This document shows positions 1-10,163 of a DNA stretch of 64,000 nt, piece after piece. Every line of letters begins with the position of its first letter. Within the stretch, counting starts at the first letter, position 1. The position numbers and the translations under genes were made by a program. The stretch covers positions 4,341-68,340 of the forward strand of contig CAVWEO010000001.1 in NCBI GenBank assembly GCA_963753995.1, written 5' to 3'. Under the pieces are notes generated by a model. It was not told where the DNA came from. It ran no database searches and was given only the letters and a program-made list of their open reading frames with translations. Source of the DNA: an uncultured Actinomycetota bacterium. GTDB lineage: Bacteria; Actinomycetota; Actinomycetes; Mycobacteriales; Mycobacteriaceae.

Positions 1-857
1 TCGCTGCCGAACAGGCCACGCGGCCGAATGATCAATACCAACAAGAGCGCGAGGTAGGTGAGGACGTCGACGACCTGGCCGCCCAGATACGTGGTGATAA
101 AACCTTGCGCTATGCCGGTGAGCAGTCCACCGACAAGGGCGCCCTCGATGCTGTCCAGACCCCCGAGCAAGATGGCTGGAAACGCCAACAACGCCACGTT
201 GGTCATCGAGGGGCCAGTGACGTTCACGGCTCCGTATGTCAGCCCGGCAATTGCGGCCAGCGCGGCGGCGACCGCCCAAGATATCGCGTGTAGGCGTCGA
301 ACATGGATCCCACCCTGGCTCGCCAGTACCGCGTCCTGCCCCGCCGCACGCAACTGGGTACCGAACTGCGTCCAACGGGTCACCGCGATGACGAGGAACG
401 CGAGACCGAGGGTGAAGGCGGTCAGCACCAAGGAGGTGCTGGTGACGCGCGCTCCGAACACCTTGACGACACCCTTTGGCAGGAACGGGATGGTCAGGTT
501 GTAGTCGGACGATCCATATTTGAGAGCTATCGCGCCGTCGAGTATTGCCGCCAATCCGAGCGTTGCAATTATGCCCATGAAGTGCGGCATGCCAGTGGTT
601 CGCTGGAGGACGAGGTAGTAGAAGGCAACGGCGATGGCCGCGCCGATCACGACGGCGACTAAGACAGACGGACCGAACGACAGCCCATGCGTCGTCTCCA
701 ACTTTGCGACGATCAGCGCGGGCAGCAGCATCAACTCGCCATGGGCAAAATTGAACGTCGCGGTTGCCCGGAAGGCGAGGACGAGGCCAAGCCCGATGAG
801 GGCGTACGTTCCACCCAACGACGCGCCACCCAGCAGCGAGACGATCACGCGAGTCAT
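1..857 (-). CDS. Branched-chain amino acid-type ABC transporter permease (LivH-like), 3' end cut by the window edge
   Basis: Not in the ORF track. My translation of the minus strand from ATG 857 gives MTRVIVSLLGGASLGGTYALIGLGLVLAFRATATFNFAHGELM...IIRPRGLFGS, the LivH N- and C-terminal signatures. ATGA overlap with the upstream ATPase stop. Confidence 0.88.
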   Translation of the reverse strand, partial: MTRVIVSLLGGASLGGTYALIGLGLVLAFRATATFNFAHGELMLLPALIVAKLETTHGLSFGPSVLVAVVIGAAIAVAFYYLVLQRTTGMPHFMGIIATLGLAAILDGAIALKYGSSDYNLTIPFLPKGVVKVFGARVTSTSLVLTAFTLGLAFLVIAVTRWTQFGTQLRAAGQDAVLASQGGIHVRRLHAISWAVAAALAAIAGLTYGAVNVTGPSMTNVALLAFPAILLGGLDSIEGALVGGLLTGIAQGFITTYLGGQVVDVLTYLALLLVLIIRPRGLFGS

Positions 858-1759
858 GCCTGGGCCTGCCCGTTCACCGGCACCCGGCCGTTGGTCGCCG
901 TGGCAAACCCAGGACCGCCCGCCCCGATGACGGCTGCCCGGAACACGCCGGACTCGAGCACGTCGTTGGGACTGCCCGTTGCGAGCACGGCGCCCGCCTG
1001 CAGGCCCACGACGTGAGATGCCACGGCACGCACGACGTCCATGTGGTGCTCGACCACGAACACGGTCGTGCACGCCGCGGACCGCAGCTCAACGAGTAAC
1101 CGCACGATGGCCTCTCGCTCGGCCGAATCGAGGCCGGAGGACGGCTCGTCGAGCAGCAGGAGTCGCGGTCCGGTGACCACGGCACGCGCAATGTCGACGA
1201 GTTTGCGGCGTCCGTACGGCAGCGAGCTCGCCGAGTCCGACGCGCAGTCCCCGAGTCCCACGAATTCCATGGCGTCTCTCGCGTGCGCCCGTAGGCGAGA
1301 CTCAGACCGTTGCACCCGGCGCCATCGCCACAGCTGATCCATGGAGCGATAGCCGGCCACGACGTGACCGCCGCACATGATGTTTTCGAGCACGGTGGCG
1401 TTCTCGATCAACTGTGGATCCTGAAAGCTGCGGCCGACACCAGCTGCGGCGACTCGTGCCGGGCGCAATCCTTTGATCGAGGCGCCGCCGAGCAAGATCT
1501 CGCCGCTGACCCGACCCGGAATCAGGCCGCTGATTGCATTCAGCAGGGTGGTCTTTCCCGCGCCGTTCGGACCAATGACCGCCGTGATGGTGTGCGCGGG
1601 GGCATCGATGTCGACCGCTTCGAGGGCCGCGACACCGCCGAAGTTCACGGCGACGCCGCGCATCGTTACAAAGGACTGATCTTGCTCCGCCTGACCTGAC
1701 CGATCCTCGAAGAGTCGTCGGATGAGCTCTGCCCGCCCGCCGCTATCACCCGCCAACAT
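854..1759 (-). CDS. ABC transporter ATP-binding protein (LivG-like)
   Basis: Walker A GPNGAGKTT, LPYGRRKLVDIARA, Walker B LLLLDEPSSG, VEHHM. Confidence 0.92.
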   Translation of the reverse strand: MLAGDSGGRAELIRRLFEDRSGQAEQDQSFVTMRGVAVNFGGVAALEAVDIDAPAHTITAVIGPNGAGKTTLLNAISGLIPGRVSGEILLGGASIKGLRPARVAAAGVGRSFQDPQLIENATVLENIMCGGHVVAGYRSMDQLWRWRRVQRSESRLRAHARDAMEFVGLGDCASDSASSLPYGRRKLVDIARAVVTGPRLLLLDEPSSGLDSAEREAIVRLLVELRSAACTTVFVVEHHMDVVRAVASHVVGLQAGAVLATGSPNDVLESGVFRAAVIGAGGPGFATATNGRVPVNGQAQA

Positions 1760-2477
1760 ATCCGGCCGCCAGTAGCTCGGTGCCCCTGAACTTCTCGGCT
1801 ACGCCTTCATCTGCCATCCGTCCACCGCGCACCAGATAGCAATAATCTGTGACCTGCAACGCGTAACCGGTGCTCTCGTCAACGACGATGACACCGGTGC
1901 CGTGGGTGGCTATGTCGCGGACCGCTGCAAACAACGGCCCGTGCATCGAGTGATGCAGGCCAAGGGTCATCTCATCGACAATCAGCAGTTTCGGATTGTT
2001 GAGCAGCGCGCGTGCCAAAGCGACCATTTGCTGTTGGCCACCGCTCAACCGGCCAGCCAATTCCTTCCCGCGCTGCGCTACGACGGGAAACAGCTCGTAC
2101 ACCCGATCCAACGCGGCAGCGCGCTGCGAACGAGGCGGTAGCCAGCCCAGCGCAGTCAAATTCTCTCGCACGGTCAGAGTCGGGAAGATCTTGCGCCGCT
2201 CCGGTACGAATGCCAGACCGAGCCGGGCGATTGCATACGGCTCGGCATTGGTGACATCCACGCCGGCGAACGTGACCGTCCCGTCGATGACACGGGCTCC
2301 TTCGCCTCTGAGGAAGCCGCTCATGGCTCTCACCGTGGTGGTCTTGCCGGCGCCGTTGGCTCCGAACAGAGCTACGACTTGCTCAGCCCGTACGTCGACG
2401 GAGACATCGAGCACCCCGAGCGCGCCATTGCGGTAACGCACCCGCACGTTGTGGGCACTGAGTAGCGGCGTTGCCAT
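1746..2477 (-). CDS. ABC transporter ATP-binding protein (LivF-like)
   Basis: GANGAGKTT, LSGGQQQM, LLIVDEMTLGL. Confidence 0.92.
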   Translation of the reverse strand: MATPLLSAHNVRVRYRNGALGVLDVSVDVRAEQVVALFGANGAGKTTTVRAMSGFLRGEGARVIDGTVTFAGVDVTNAEPYAIARLGLAFVPERRKIFPTLTVRENLTALGWLPPRSQRAAALDRVYELFPVVAQRGKELAGRLSGGQQQMVALARALLNNPKLLIVDEMTLGLHHSMHGPLFAAVRDIATHGTGVIVVDESTGYALQVTDYCYLVRGGRMADEGVAEKFRGTELLAAGYVGG

Positions 2478-2490
2478 GGGGTGCGGTGGG

Positions 2491-3729
2491 TTAACCGAGG
2501 TTGCCTGCGTCTATCGATCCGCCGCTCGGCACAGCGCTCTGGGTAGTGGGATCCCAGCGGAACAGTTCGGCCGCAGTTACCGGGTCGTGTCGATCGGGGC
2601 CGAATGTCAACGGCCCGACCGTCTCCTGACCGGGAATGGTCACGGCACCGAGAGATTCGATCGCCGAGCTAAAGGACGAGCAGGTACCGGCGCACTTCGC
2701 CGCCGCCAACTCCGCGGTGTAGGCAGCGATCCAACCCTGCTCGAAGTACGAATTGCCGAGGTACTGGGCTGTGCCGTATTTCTGGGCGGCGACGGACTGC
2801 ATGTCACCGGGCTTTGCCTCGATCAAAGTTCGCAGCGCGTAGAAGTTCGGCAGGCTCAACGACTTGAACACGCTCGTGTCGTCCGCACCCAGGCCCGTGA
2901 TCACCGGCGCATTCACTCCCGCCGCAACCAGTGCCTTGGCGATAATCTCGACGTTTTGGCTTGGCTCCGCGATCAGGGTCGCATCGGGCTTCTTCGCCGC
3001 GATGTTCGCTGCCTGGCTCGTGAACGAGGCGAGGCTCGCCGCATCATGATTTGCGACTACGACTTGACCACCCTGTGCCTCAAATCCTTTCGCAAACGCG
3101 TCTATCTCAGCTATTGCGGTCGGGTTGGTCGTAGCGTCCAATGCGAATTTCTTGCCCTGGAGCGACCCGAGCAGCGCCTTGGTCGCGGCCACATGCAAGG
3201 TCGCGGTCTGCGCGGACGTCGGGGCAAGCGCGAAGAACCAGGATGCCGGCTTCGGCACCAGCAACGAGTCGATCACCGTCGTGGTGATCAGTGGAATCTT
3301 CGCGGCGGCGAACAATGACTCGGTAGTCGACATGGCAACGCCACTCCAGCCGGCGATCACCAGATCGGGCTTCGCGGCGAGGGCCTGTTGGGCAGCCGCC
3401 TGGGCACCCGTCGTGGTCGACAGTGAATCGATTGTCGTCACGTTCAGCTTCAAACCAGAGCCGCCGGCATTGATCGCCTTTGCCGCTGTTTGAACGCCGG
3501 CCGCGACGCCGTTGCCGAGCTGGCTGTACGGCCCGGATTGGTCCGCAACAACCTCGATCCGAACCTCTTTTGCGCCTCCGGTGCCTGCAGAGCCATTGTT
3601 GCTGCTCGAACTGCTCGAACAGGCAGCGGCGAGAACCGCGGCTGACAGAATTATGAAGGCGAGTGTGAGTCGACTGCGTCTTGGCGTTAGTCGGGAAAAC
3701 GTCACCGGTCGATAGCTGGAAGCAGACAT
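2491..3729 (-). CDS. ABC transporter substrate-binding lipoprotein (Liv/type I PBP family)
   Basis: Lipobox LAAAC plus Ser-rich linker, DQSGPY motif, first gene of the liv operon. Start moved from 3945 to ATG 3729, downstream of the predicted promoter. Confidence 0.85.
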   Translation of the reverse strand: MSASSYRPVTFSRLTPRRSRLTLAFIILSAAVLAAACSSSSSSNNGSAGTGGAKEVRIEVVADQSGPYSQLGNGVAAGVQTAAKAINAGGSGLKLNVTTIDSLSTTTGAQAAAQQALAAKPDLVIAGWSGVAMSTTESLFAAAKIPLITTTVIDSLLVPKPASWFFALAPTSAQTATLHVAATKALLGSLQGKKFALDATTNPTAIAEIDAFAKGFEAQGGQVVVANHDAASLASFTSQAANIAAKKPDATLIAEPSQNVEIIAKALVAAGVNAPVITGLGADDTSVFKSLSLPNFYALRTLIEAKPGDMQSVAAQKYGTAQYLGNSYFEQGWIAAYTAELAAAKCAGTCSSFSSAIESLGAVTIPGQETVGPLTFGPDRHDPVTAAELFRWDPTTQSAVPSGGSIDAGNLG

Positions 3730-3816
3730 GTCAGCCGTCCCTCTACAGTGCCACAGTGCGGTGGATGGTCCACGGCGATCCCCATTGGTCGCCTCCACCT
3801 GCGCGTTCCGCCCACG

Positions 3817-3864
3817 ACGGTAGGGCCTTCGAGCGTCCACGTCAACGTCAACGTCGACGTAGAC
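3817..3864 (-). promoter_or_regulatory. Promoter TTGACG-N17-TACCGT with overlapping operator copies (GTCAAC-GTCGAC-GTAGAC at 3847-3864, within a 5x hexamer run at 3835-3864)
   Basis: Plus strand reads GTCCAC GTCAAC GTCAAC GTCGAC GTAGAC. On the minus strand, -35 is at 3845-3840 and -10 at 3822-3817. Confidence 0.65.
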
Positions 3865-4097
3865 AGATTGCGCGTCCGGGCCGCTTTCGCGCTGCGATTC
3901 GGCCGACCCGAGCAGGCACCCAGCCGACCGGAGCCAGCCGTGCACGAACAGGCTGTCCGGCTAATGTCGTCGTCATCGGCCCGCGGTAAATCGGCGTCAT
4001 CCGATCCCGTGTGGCCACTATCTACATACGTCGACCGGTGCGCACGCTGTGAGATCGGCCCGAAATTTGCAGAGACGATGTCGGCGAAAGGGTAATC

Positions 4098-5051
4098 GTG
4101 ACCAGCACAGATGACCCCGAGGGTTGGTTCGCGAAGGCGACCAGTGACTGGCGCGACTGGGACGTGACGCGGCTCGTCGACGCCAAGGACGGGCAGCGAA
4201 TCAGTGTGGTCATCCCGGCCCGGAACGAGGCTGCGACCATCGGCGGCATCGTCGCCGCAATCCGCGACGCGCTTGTCGAGCACACACCGCTGGTCGACGA
4301 GCTGCTGGTGATCGACTCCGACTCGACCGACGACACCGCGGCAATCGCTGCCAAAGCCGGAGCACAGGTGTACTCGGCGGCAGACATTCGTCCGGATCTG
4401 TGCCGGTACGCAGGCAAGGGCGAGGCGCTGTGGAAGGCGCAATTTGTCACGACAGGCGACATCGTCGTATTCATCGACGCGGACCTGACCGAGTGGGGGC
4501 CGCACTTCGTGACCGGGCTGCTCGGTCCGCTGCTGACGGATCCGGGCACCCTGATGGTGAAAGGCTTCTACGATCGCATCCTGGACGACGGCACCGGCCA
4601 GCGCAGCACGCAGGGCGGTCGCGTCACCGAGCTGGTTGCCCGGCCGCTGATCAGCCTTTACTGGCCACATTTACGGCACGTCGTGCAGCCGCTGGCGGGC
4701 GAGTGGGCGATCCGGCGCGCGACGTTCGCAAGCCTGCCGGTACCCGTCGGGTACGGCGTCGAGATGTCCACCCTGCTCGACACTTTCCGCGAACACGGAT
4801 ACGCGGCGATCGCGCAGGTGGACCTCGGCGCCCGAGGCCACTCACACCAGTCCGTGCACGACCTGGCAATCATGGCGGGAGAGATTCTCGCCGTCGCGCT
4901 ACGCCGTGTCGGCCAACCGTTGCCAGAGCACGCCGAGCTTCAGCATTTCGAGCGCAGCCTCCCGCCCACCTGGCGCACCCGCCCGATCCCGCTTGCCGAA
5001 CGACCACCGGCGCGCACCGTCGTCGAATATCAGCCGACGAGACTCTCGTGA
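4098..5051 (+). CDS. gpgS: Glucosyl-3-phosphoglycerate synthase-like GT-A glycosyltransferase
   Basis: SVVIPARNEAATIG, DSDSTD, GKGEALW, FIDAD (DxD), GGRVTELVARP, QPLAGE, GYGVE motifs. Confidence 0.82.
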   Translation: MTSTDDPEGWFAKATSDWRDWDVTRLVDAKDGQRISVVIPARNEAATIGGIVAAIRDALVEHTPLVDELLVIDSDSTDDTAAIAAKAGAQVYSAADIRPDLCRYAGKGEALWKAQFVTTGDIVVFIDADLTEWGPHFVTGLLGPLLTDPGTLMVKGFYDRILDDGTGQRSTQGGRVTELVARPLISLYWPHLRHVVQPLAGEWAIRRATFASLPVPVGYGVEMSTLLDTFREHGYAAIAQVDLGARGHSHQSVHDLAIMAGEILAVALRRVGQPLPEHAELQHFERSLPPTWRTRPIPLAERPPARTVVEYQPTRLS

Positions 5052-5998
5052 ATCCGGACATGGCGGGCAGCCTTCGCCGATCACCCGCGCCACCCGAACT
5101 GCAGATACATGGCCGGCGGGTAGCGCTGGACCACACGCTGATCATGGGCGTCGTCAACGCCAGCCCCGAGTCGTTCTCCGACGGGCTGCCACACGCCTCT
5201 ACGGCCGATCGCGTTACACACGCCCAGGACTTGATCGCCGCTGGCGCCGACATCATCGACGTCGGTGGTCAATCATCAGTGACGAACCAGCCCGAGCTGG
5301 ACGCCGCCGCCGAGCTAGAGCGTGTCCTGCCGATCGTCGAACGGCTGGTGCACGACCATCCCGACGTACTCGTGAGCGTAGACACCTACAAGCCGGCCGT
5401 TGCCGCCGAATGTCTGCGGGCCGGTGCCGCGATCATCAACGACGTCAGTGGGCTTGCCTACCCCGATGTCGCTGATTCCTGTGCCCAGTACGGGGCGGCG
5501 CTGGTGATCATGCACACCAAAGCCGCACCCAAGCAACGCCTGCAGGCCGCCGATCTCTACGACGACATCGTCGGCGAAGTCGTCGACTTCCTGGCGGCCA
5601 AGATCGATCTATCCGTCGCCGCGGGGCTTCAACGCGAATCGCTGATCGTCGACCCTGGCCCCGATTTCACCAAGACCCCGCATCAGACGATCGCGCTGCT
5701 ACGTGAACTGGATCGAGTGCGGGCTCTGGGTCGGCCGTTGCTGCTTGCCCTGTCCCGCAAGGATTTCCTCGGCGCGATCCTGCAGAAGAAGCCCAGGGGA
5801 CGCGACGCCGGAACGCTCGCCGCGGTCGCGTACCTGGCCGGCTCGACACCGGGCAACATCGTCCGGGTTCATGACGTGGCCGCGACCCGCGACGCGCTGC
5901 TGACGATCGATGTGCTCACCGGCAGGACCGACGTCGATCCGACCTACACGCTGCCCGACGCCCTGCGCTACGAAACACCGCGCCAGGTCCCAACCTGA
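5048..5998 (+). CDS. folP: Dihydropteroate synthase-family protein (FolP2-like)
   Basis: IMGVVNASPESFSDG, SVDTYK, INDVSG, DPGPDFTK, LSRKDF, RVHDV. GTG 5048 overlaps the gpgS stop (GTGA); ATG 5060 is an alternative start. Confidence 0.85.
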   Translation: MNPDMAGSLRRSPAPPELQIHGRRVALDHTLIMGVVNASPESFSDGLPHASTADRVTHAQDLIAAGADIIDVGGQSSVTNQPELDAAAELERVLPIVERLVHDHPDVLVSVDTYKPAVAAECLRAGAAIINDVSGLAYPDVADSCAQYGAALVIMHTKAAPKQRLQAADLYDDIVGEVVDFLAAKIDLSVAAGLQRESLIVDPGPDFTKTPHQTIALLRELDRVRALGRPLLLALSRKDFLGAILQKKPRGRDAGTLAAVAYLAGSTPGNIVRVHDVAATRDALLTIDVLTGRTDVDPTYTLPDALRYETPRQVPT

Positions 5999-6028
5999 CG
6001 GCACTGCCAGCGCTGCGCAGCTGCTCGC

Positions 6029-8785
6029 CTAGCTCTGCCGCGACCCCTCCTGCTCCAGCTGCCGTGCTTCGAGCGGATCGCCGACATCGCTGACGCCCAG
6101 GTATGCGGCACGAACCTCCGCGCTGCCCTGAACCTCGGTGGCGTTGCCGTGGAAGAGCAGGGTGCCGTAGTCCATCACGTAGATGTCGTCGCAGATCGAC
6201 ATGACCAGAGACATGTCGTGCTCGACCAACAGCAGGCCGAGGCCGTCCTCGGTCACCACGCTGCGCAGGAGTTCGCCGAGTCGGGCGGTCGCCGCGGCGT
6301 CGAGCCCGGACGACGGTTCATCGAGCAGCAGCATTCGGTACGGCCCGGCCAGGCAGCGGGCGATCTCGACGAAGCGCCGCTCCGAACTCGACAGCGCGCC
6401 GACCTGGGAGTCCGCAACCGAGGCCAGACCGCACCGTCGTATCGCCCGCTCGGTGGATTCCAACACGAACGCCCAGTCGCCGCGCCGACCGGAGACCTGC
6501 CGCACGACGTTGCCACGCGCCACCGCGCTCTCCGCGCCGACCGCGACGTTGTCCCACACGGACAGCGAATCGCAGAGTTCGAGGTGCTGGAAGCTACGTC
6601 CGATTCCGAGCCGTGCCCGCCCGGCCGTGCCGAGCCGGGAAACGTTCGTGCCGTTGATGAGCACTCGCCCGTGGACCGCGTTCACGATGCCCGAGCATGC
6701 ATTCAGCATCGTCGACTTACCGGCGCCATTGGGTCCGATCAAGCCGGTGATCAGTCCGCTTCGGGCCACAATGTCCATCTCCCGCACCGCGACGAGGCCG
6801 CCGAAGCGCACGGAGATCGACTCGGCTTTCAGCTCGAACGGCTCCCGCGCCCCGCCGGCTGGCACCGGCTTGGCGGCGACGTCGTGCTCGGGCGGACCTG
6901 GCGACATGGCTATTCGCGCGGCGGCCGACTGTCGACCGAATCGGTCCAGGAACCGGCGCAACGAGTGGACGCCTGGCAGTTCGGGTTGACCACCGAGGGC
7001 GATGCCGACGGCGATGACGCCGAAGGCAAGCTGCAGATAACTCGTCGTCTGCGAGGAGGTGACATACAGCGGGATGAGCAGAAGGCTGGCGCCTCCCACC
7101 AGCGCGTACCACGGTTCCGAGCCGATCGAGATCAGCACCACGGTCAGGTAGATCAGGGATTGGAACGGGTCGAAGTTTGCGCCGGACACCTGCTCGTACA
7201 CCATGCCGTGTAGCGCACCCGCGACTCCGGCGACGAACGCGGACAGGCAGAACACGAGAACCAGCGGCACTCTGACCCCGTTGCCGGTCGCCACCATCAC
7301 CGTCGGCGAGTCCGCGATCCCGCGCAGCAACCGGCCGAGCCGAGTGCGACTGAGCACCACGGTGCCGATACCGATGACGACGGTGATCACGAGGACGACG
7401 TAGTAGAAGCCACGCTCGCTGTCCAGATGCAGCGAGCTGAGGTGCGGCCTCGGCATCGCGATGGCTTCCCCGCTGAGCCCGAACATGACGCTCGAGGAAT
7501 AGAACATGTCCTGCAGCAGCAACCCGAACCCGAGCGTGGCCAGGGCGAGATAGAGGCCCGAGAACCGGACCGCGGGTGTGGCGAGCAAAGCACCGATCGG
7601 AACGGTAACCAGGCCGGCCAGGATCAGTGCGATCAACCACGGGACGTGGTGCTCCACCGCGAACTTCGAGAATGCGGCCGCACCGATGGCGGCGAAGCTG
7701 ACCTGGCACAGTGAGATCTGGCCGGCGATCCGGACGAGCAGACCCAGCGACATCATCAGCAGGACAGCGGTCAGCATGAGCGTGTATGACGCCAGGCGAT
7801 ATCCGACGAGGTCGGGAACCAGAGCCAGCGCGGCCACCACCGCCACGGCGAAGACCAGTTGGAGCCTGCCCGGAGCCTGCCAGGCAATCGGGCGAATCGA
7901 GCGTGCCGGTTGGCGAATCCCCAGTCGCGACAGGGGCGAGAGCAGCAGCACCAGGAACAAGATGATGAAGGGCAGGCTGGGTGGCAGCCCGGAGATGATC
8001 TGGTGGTTCTCGCCGTACTTCGTGGCGATCGAACCGGCGAGACCGATGCCGATCCCGCCCACCCAGGTCATCGGAAGACTGGAGAAGTTCCCGATCGCGG
8101 CGGCGCCGAAGGCCTGCAACACCAGCAGCGTCAGCGCGTACGGGTCGAGCGAGACGCTCGGCGCAATCAGAATTCCGGACAGGGTTGCGAACGAGCACCC
8201 GATCACCCACGCCGACCGGCGGACGGCACGCGGATTCGTGCCCGCCATCGCCAGGAGTTCGGGTGACTCCACGACCGCGCGCATCGCGATGCCCACCCGG
8301 CTCAGCCGGAAGACCGCGTACAGGCCGCCGGTCGCCAGGAACGAGACCAGCACGATGATCAGTTCCTCGTAGGTGACGAACACACCGCCTACTCGGAACT
8401 CCGACGTCGGCAGGAACGACGGAAAGCTGCGACTCGAGGAGCCGTAGATGATGATGCACAGACCCTGGATCGACAGCAGGATTCCAACCGTCGAGGCGAT
8501 CCGCCAAGCGATGCTGACCTGGGACAACCCTCGTGCGAAGGTCTCGAATCCGAATCCGCAGACAGTGCCCAGCCCGACGAAACAGATCAACGCGGCGATG
8601 GGCCACGGCATCCCGTGGGTGACGTGCAGCGTGTAGAAGAGAAATGCCGAGACGGTCGCCAGGGCACCGTGCGCGAAGTTGAAGACACCGGAGGTCTTGA
8701 ACGTGAGCACGAGCCCGACACCCGCTAGGGCGTACACGGATCCTGCCGTCACACCGGCGACGATGAACGGCAGCAACGAGTTCAT
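6029..8785 (-). CDS. Fused ABC transporter: LivH permease + LivM permease + LivG ATPase
   Basis: FKTSGVFNFAHG, GQISLCQ, GLYLALATLGFG, then GPNGAGKST and LLLDEPSSG in one 918-aa ORF. Confidence 0.92.
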   Translation of the reverse strand: MNSLLPFIVAGVTAGSVYALAGVGLVLTFKTSGVFNFAHGALATVSAFLFYTLHVTHGMPWPIAALICFVGLGTVCGFGFETFARGLSQVSIAWRIASTVGILLSIQGLCIIIYGSSSRSFPSFLPTSEFRVGGVFVTYEELIIVLVSFLATGGLYAVFRLSRVGIAMRAVVESPELLAMAGTNPRAVRRSAWVIGCSFATLSGILIAPSVSLDPYALTLLVLQAFGAAAIGNFSSLPMTWVGGIGIGLAGSIATKYGENHQIISGLPPSLPFIILFLVLLLSPLSRLGIRQPARSIRPIAWQAPGRLQLVFAVAVVAALALVPDLVGYRLASYTLMLTAVLLMMSLGLLVRIAGQISLCQVSFAAIGAAAFSKFAVEHHVPWLIALILAGLVTVPIGALLATPAVRFSGLYLALATLGFGLLLQDMFYSSSVMFGLSGEAIAMPRPHLSSLHLDSERGFYYVVLVITVVIGIGTVVLSRTRLGRLLRGIADSPTVMVATGNGVRVPLVLVFCLSAFVAGVAGALHGMVYEQVSGANFDPFQSLIYLTVVLISIGSEPWYALVGGASLLLIPLYVTSSQTTSYLQLAFGVIAVGIALGGQPELPGVHSLRRFLDRFGRQSAAARIAMSPGPPEHDVAAKPVPAGGAREPFELKAESISVRFGGLVAVREMDIVARSGLITGLIGPNGAGKSTMLNACSGIVNAVHGRVLINGTNVSRLGTAGRARLGIGRSFQHLELCDSLSVWDNVAVGAESAVARGNVVRQVSGRRGDWAFVLESTERAIRRCGLASVADSQVGALSSSERRFVEIARCLAGPYRMLLLDEPSSGLDAAATARLGELLRSVVTEDGLGLLLVEHDMSLVMSICDDIYVMDYGTLLFHGNATEVQGSAEVRAAYLGVSDVGDPLEARQLEQEGSRQS

Positions 8786-8844
8786 CCAAACCCAATCTCA
8801 ATCCGGCGGTGCAAGCACCGGACGGGCCTAACCGACATGGCGAC

Positions 8845-10080
8845 TTACTGCGCGCATGCGATCTTGCCGTCGTTCAGCAGATGGAAGGCCCCGTTCTCGA
8901 CGTCGACCTCGTACGCGCACCCGACGGTGCGATCGTTGTCGGTGTAGGTGATCGGCGGCGTCAGCCCGTCGAACGTGTCGTTGGAGATGGTGTTGAGCCC
9001 GTCGGCGAGCTGCTGAGGCGTCGGGTTGTTGCCGAGGTTGGCTGCCTTGGCGCCCGCCTCGAACACCATGCCGGACGCCCACACCTCTGCGGCCACGGCC
9101 GGGTTCGACTTGAGCACGTCGGGGGCATCCTGCTGCATCACCTGGTTGAAGGTGGCGATCGCAGGGTTGGACGTGTCCCACCACGGGAACTCGTTGGCGA
9201 TGCCGGCGGCGTTCTTGAATGCCGGGTCGGTCAGCCAGTCCGGGATGACGCTCTCCGGCCCGGCCAGATACGTCGGGTAGTAGCCCTGTTTGGCGCACGA
9301 CTCGGCTACCAGCTTGACCTCGGCAGTAGGCACCGCGGTCGCGACGGCAGTCGTGCCCGCGTCCTGGAGGGCAAGGCAGGGTGCCAGATAGCTGGGCGCG
9401 TTCGCGGCAATCTTCACGGCCTTGGTGAAGGTCAGGCCGAGCGCCTGGATCTGGCTCGTGTTGATGCCTACCGCCTTCAGGCAGGACGGGTCCTCGGCGC
9501 AATAGATGGTGCCGACCTTCGACAGACCTTTCGCCTTCGCTACCGCGAACGTCAGCGGCTTCTGCTGCTTGTAGGAGGTCCCGCTCGGATAGAAGTAGAG
9601 ATCCGACGTGTCGAAGTCGGACCCGACCGCACCCATGGTTCCGATCACCGGGATCTTCGAGCTCATGACGTAGGACTTCCAGCCCGGGGCACTGCTGTCC
9701 GCACTGCCGACCAGAGCGAGCACGTGATCGCCCTGGACCAACGTGTGTGCCGCGGCCAGTCCGTTGGCCGCCGTCGCCTGATCGTCCAGGGTCTCCACCT
9801 TGATGTGGTGGCCGTTGATCCCACCGTTGGCGTTCACGTACTTGGCCCACGCCGCCAGCGCGTCCTTCGCGCCGGCGAACAGTGAAGACGACCCGCCGGT
9901 AGAGCTGACGATGCTTCCGATCGTCCAGGTCGACAGACCGTTGCTTCCACCGCCGCTGCCATCGCTCGAACTGCCCGAGGAACTGCACGACGCCAAGGCG
10001 ACGGTGGCCACTATGGCTGCGACGAGCGCGAGGTACCTGCGCACGGACAACTTCGTTGATATCCGCATGTCGAGACTCAT
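8845..10080 (-). CDS. ABC transporter substrate-binding lipoprotein (Liv family)
   Basis: Lipobox LASC, VNANGGINGHHIK motif. Start at ATG 10080 or 10068 after AAGGAA. Confidence 0.88.
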   Translation of the reverse strand: MSLDMRISTKLSVRRYLALVAAIVATVALASCSSSGSSSDGSGGGSNGLSTWTIGSIVSSTGGSSSLFAGAKDALAAWAKYVNANGGINGHHIKVETLDDQATAANGLAAAHTLVQGDHVLALVGSADSSAPGWKSYVMSSKIPVIGTMGAVGSDFDTSDLYFYPSGTSYKQQKPLTFAVAKAKGLSKVGTIYCAEDPSCLKAVGINTSQIQALGLTFTKAVKIAANAPSYLAPCLALQDAGTTAVATAVPTAEVKLVAESCAKQGYYPTYLAGPESVIPDWLTDPAFKNAAGIANEFPWWDTSNPAIATFNQVMQQDAPDVLKSNPAVAAEVWASGMVFEAGAKAANLGNNPTPQQLADGLNTISNDTFDGLTPPITYTDNDRTVGCAYEVDVENGAFHLLNDGKIACAQ

Positions 10081-10102
10081 TTCCTTCGGTAGCGAGCGAA
10101 GC

Positions 10103-10140
10103 GGTGCGGAGCGTGCGGTGGGGTGCGGTGGGGTGCGGTC
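10103..10140 (+). repeat. Short G-rich tandem repeat (about 4 x GTGCGG core at roughly 10-bp period)
   Basis: ggtgcgga gcgtgcggtg gggtgcggtg gggtgcggtc, between the cupin-like gene and the SBP gene. Confidence 0.5.
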
Positions 10141-10163
10141 CGTCGGATTCGCGGTGCCGGCGG

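Noticed and set aside
4400-5998. 532-aa FolP with a long N-terminal domain
   Set aside because: The extension is an off-frame read of gpgS; the coupled start at 5048/5060 explains it.
6717-8801. 694-aa alternative-frame ORF, and similar ones at 31636-34026, 35775-37589 and 47082-48479
   Set aside because: Arg/Pro/Gly-rich shadow ORFs typical of high-GC DNA, overlapping well-supported genes.
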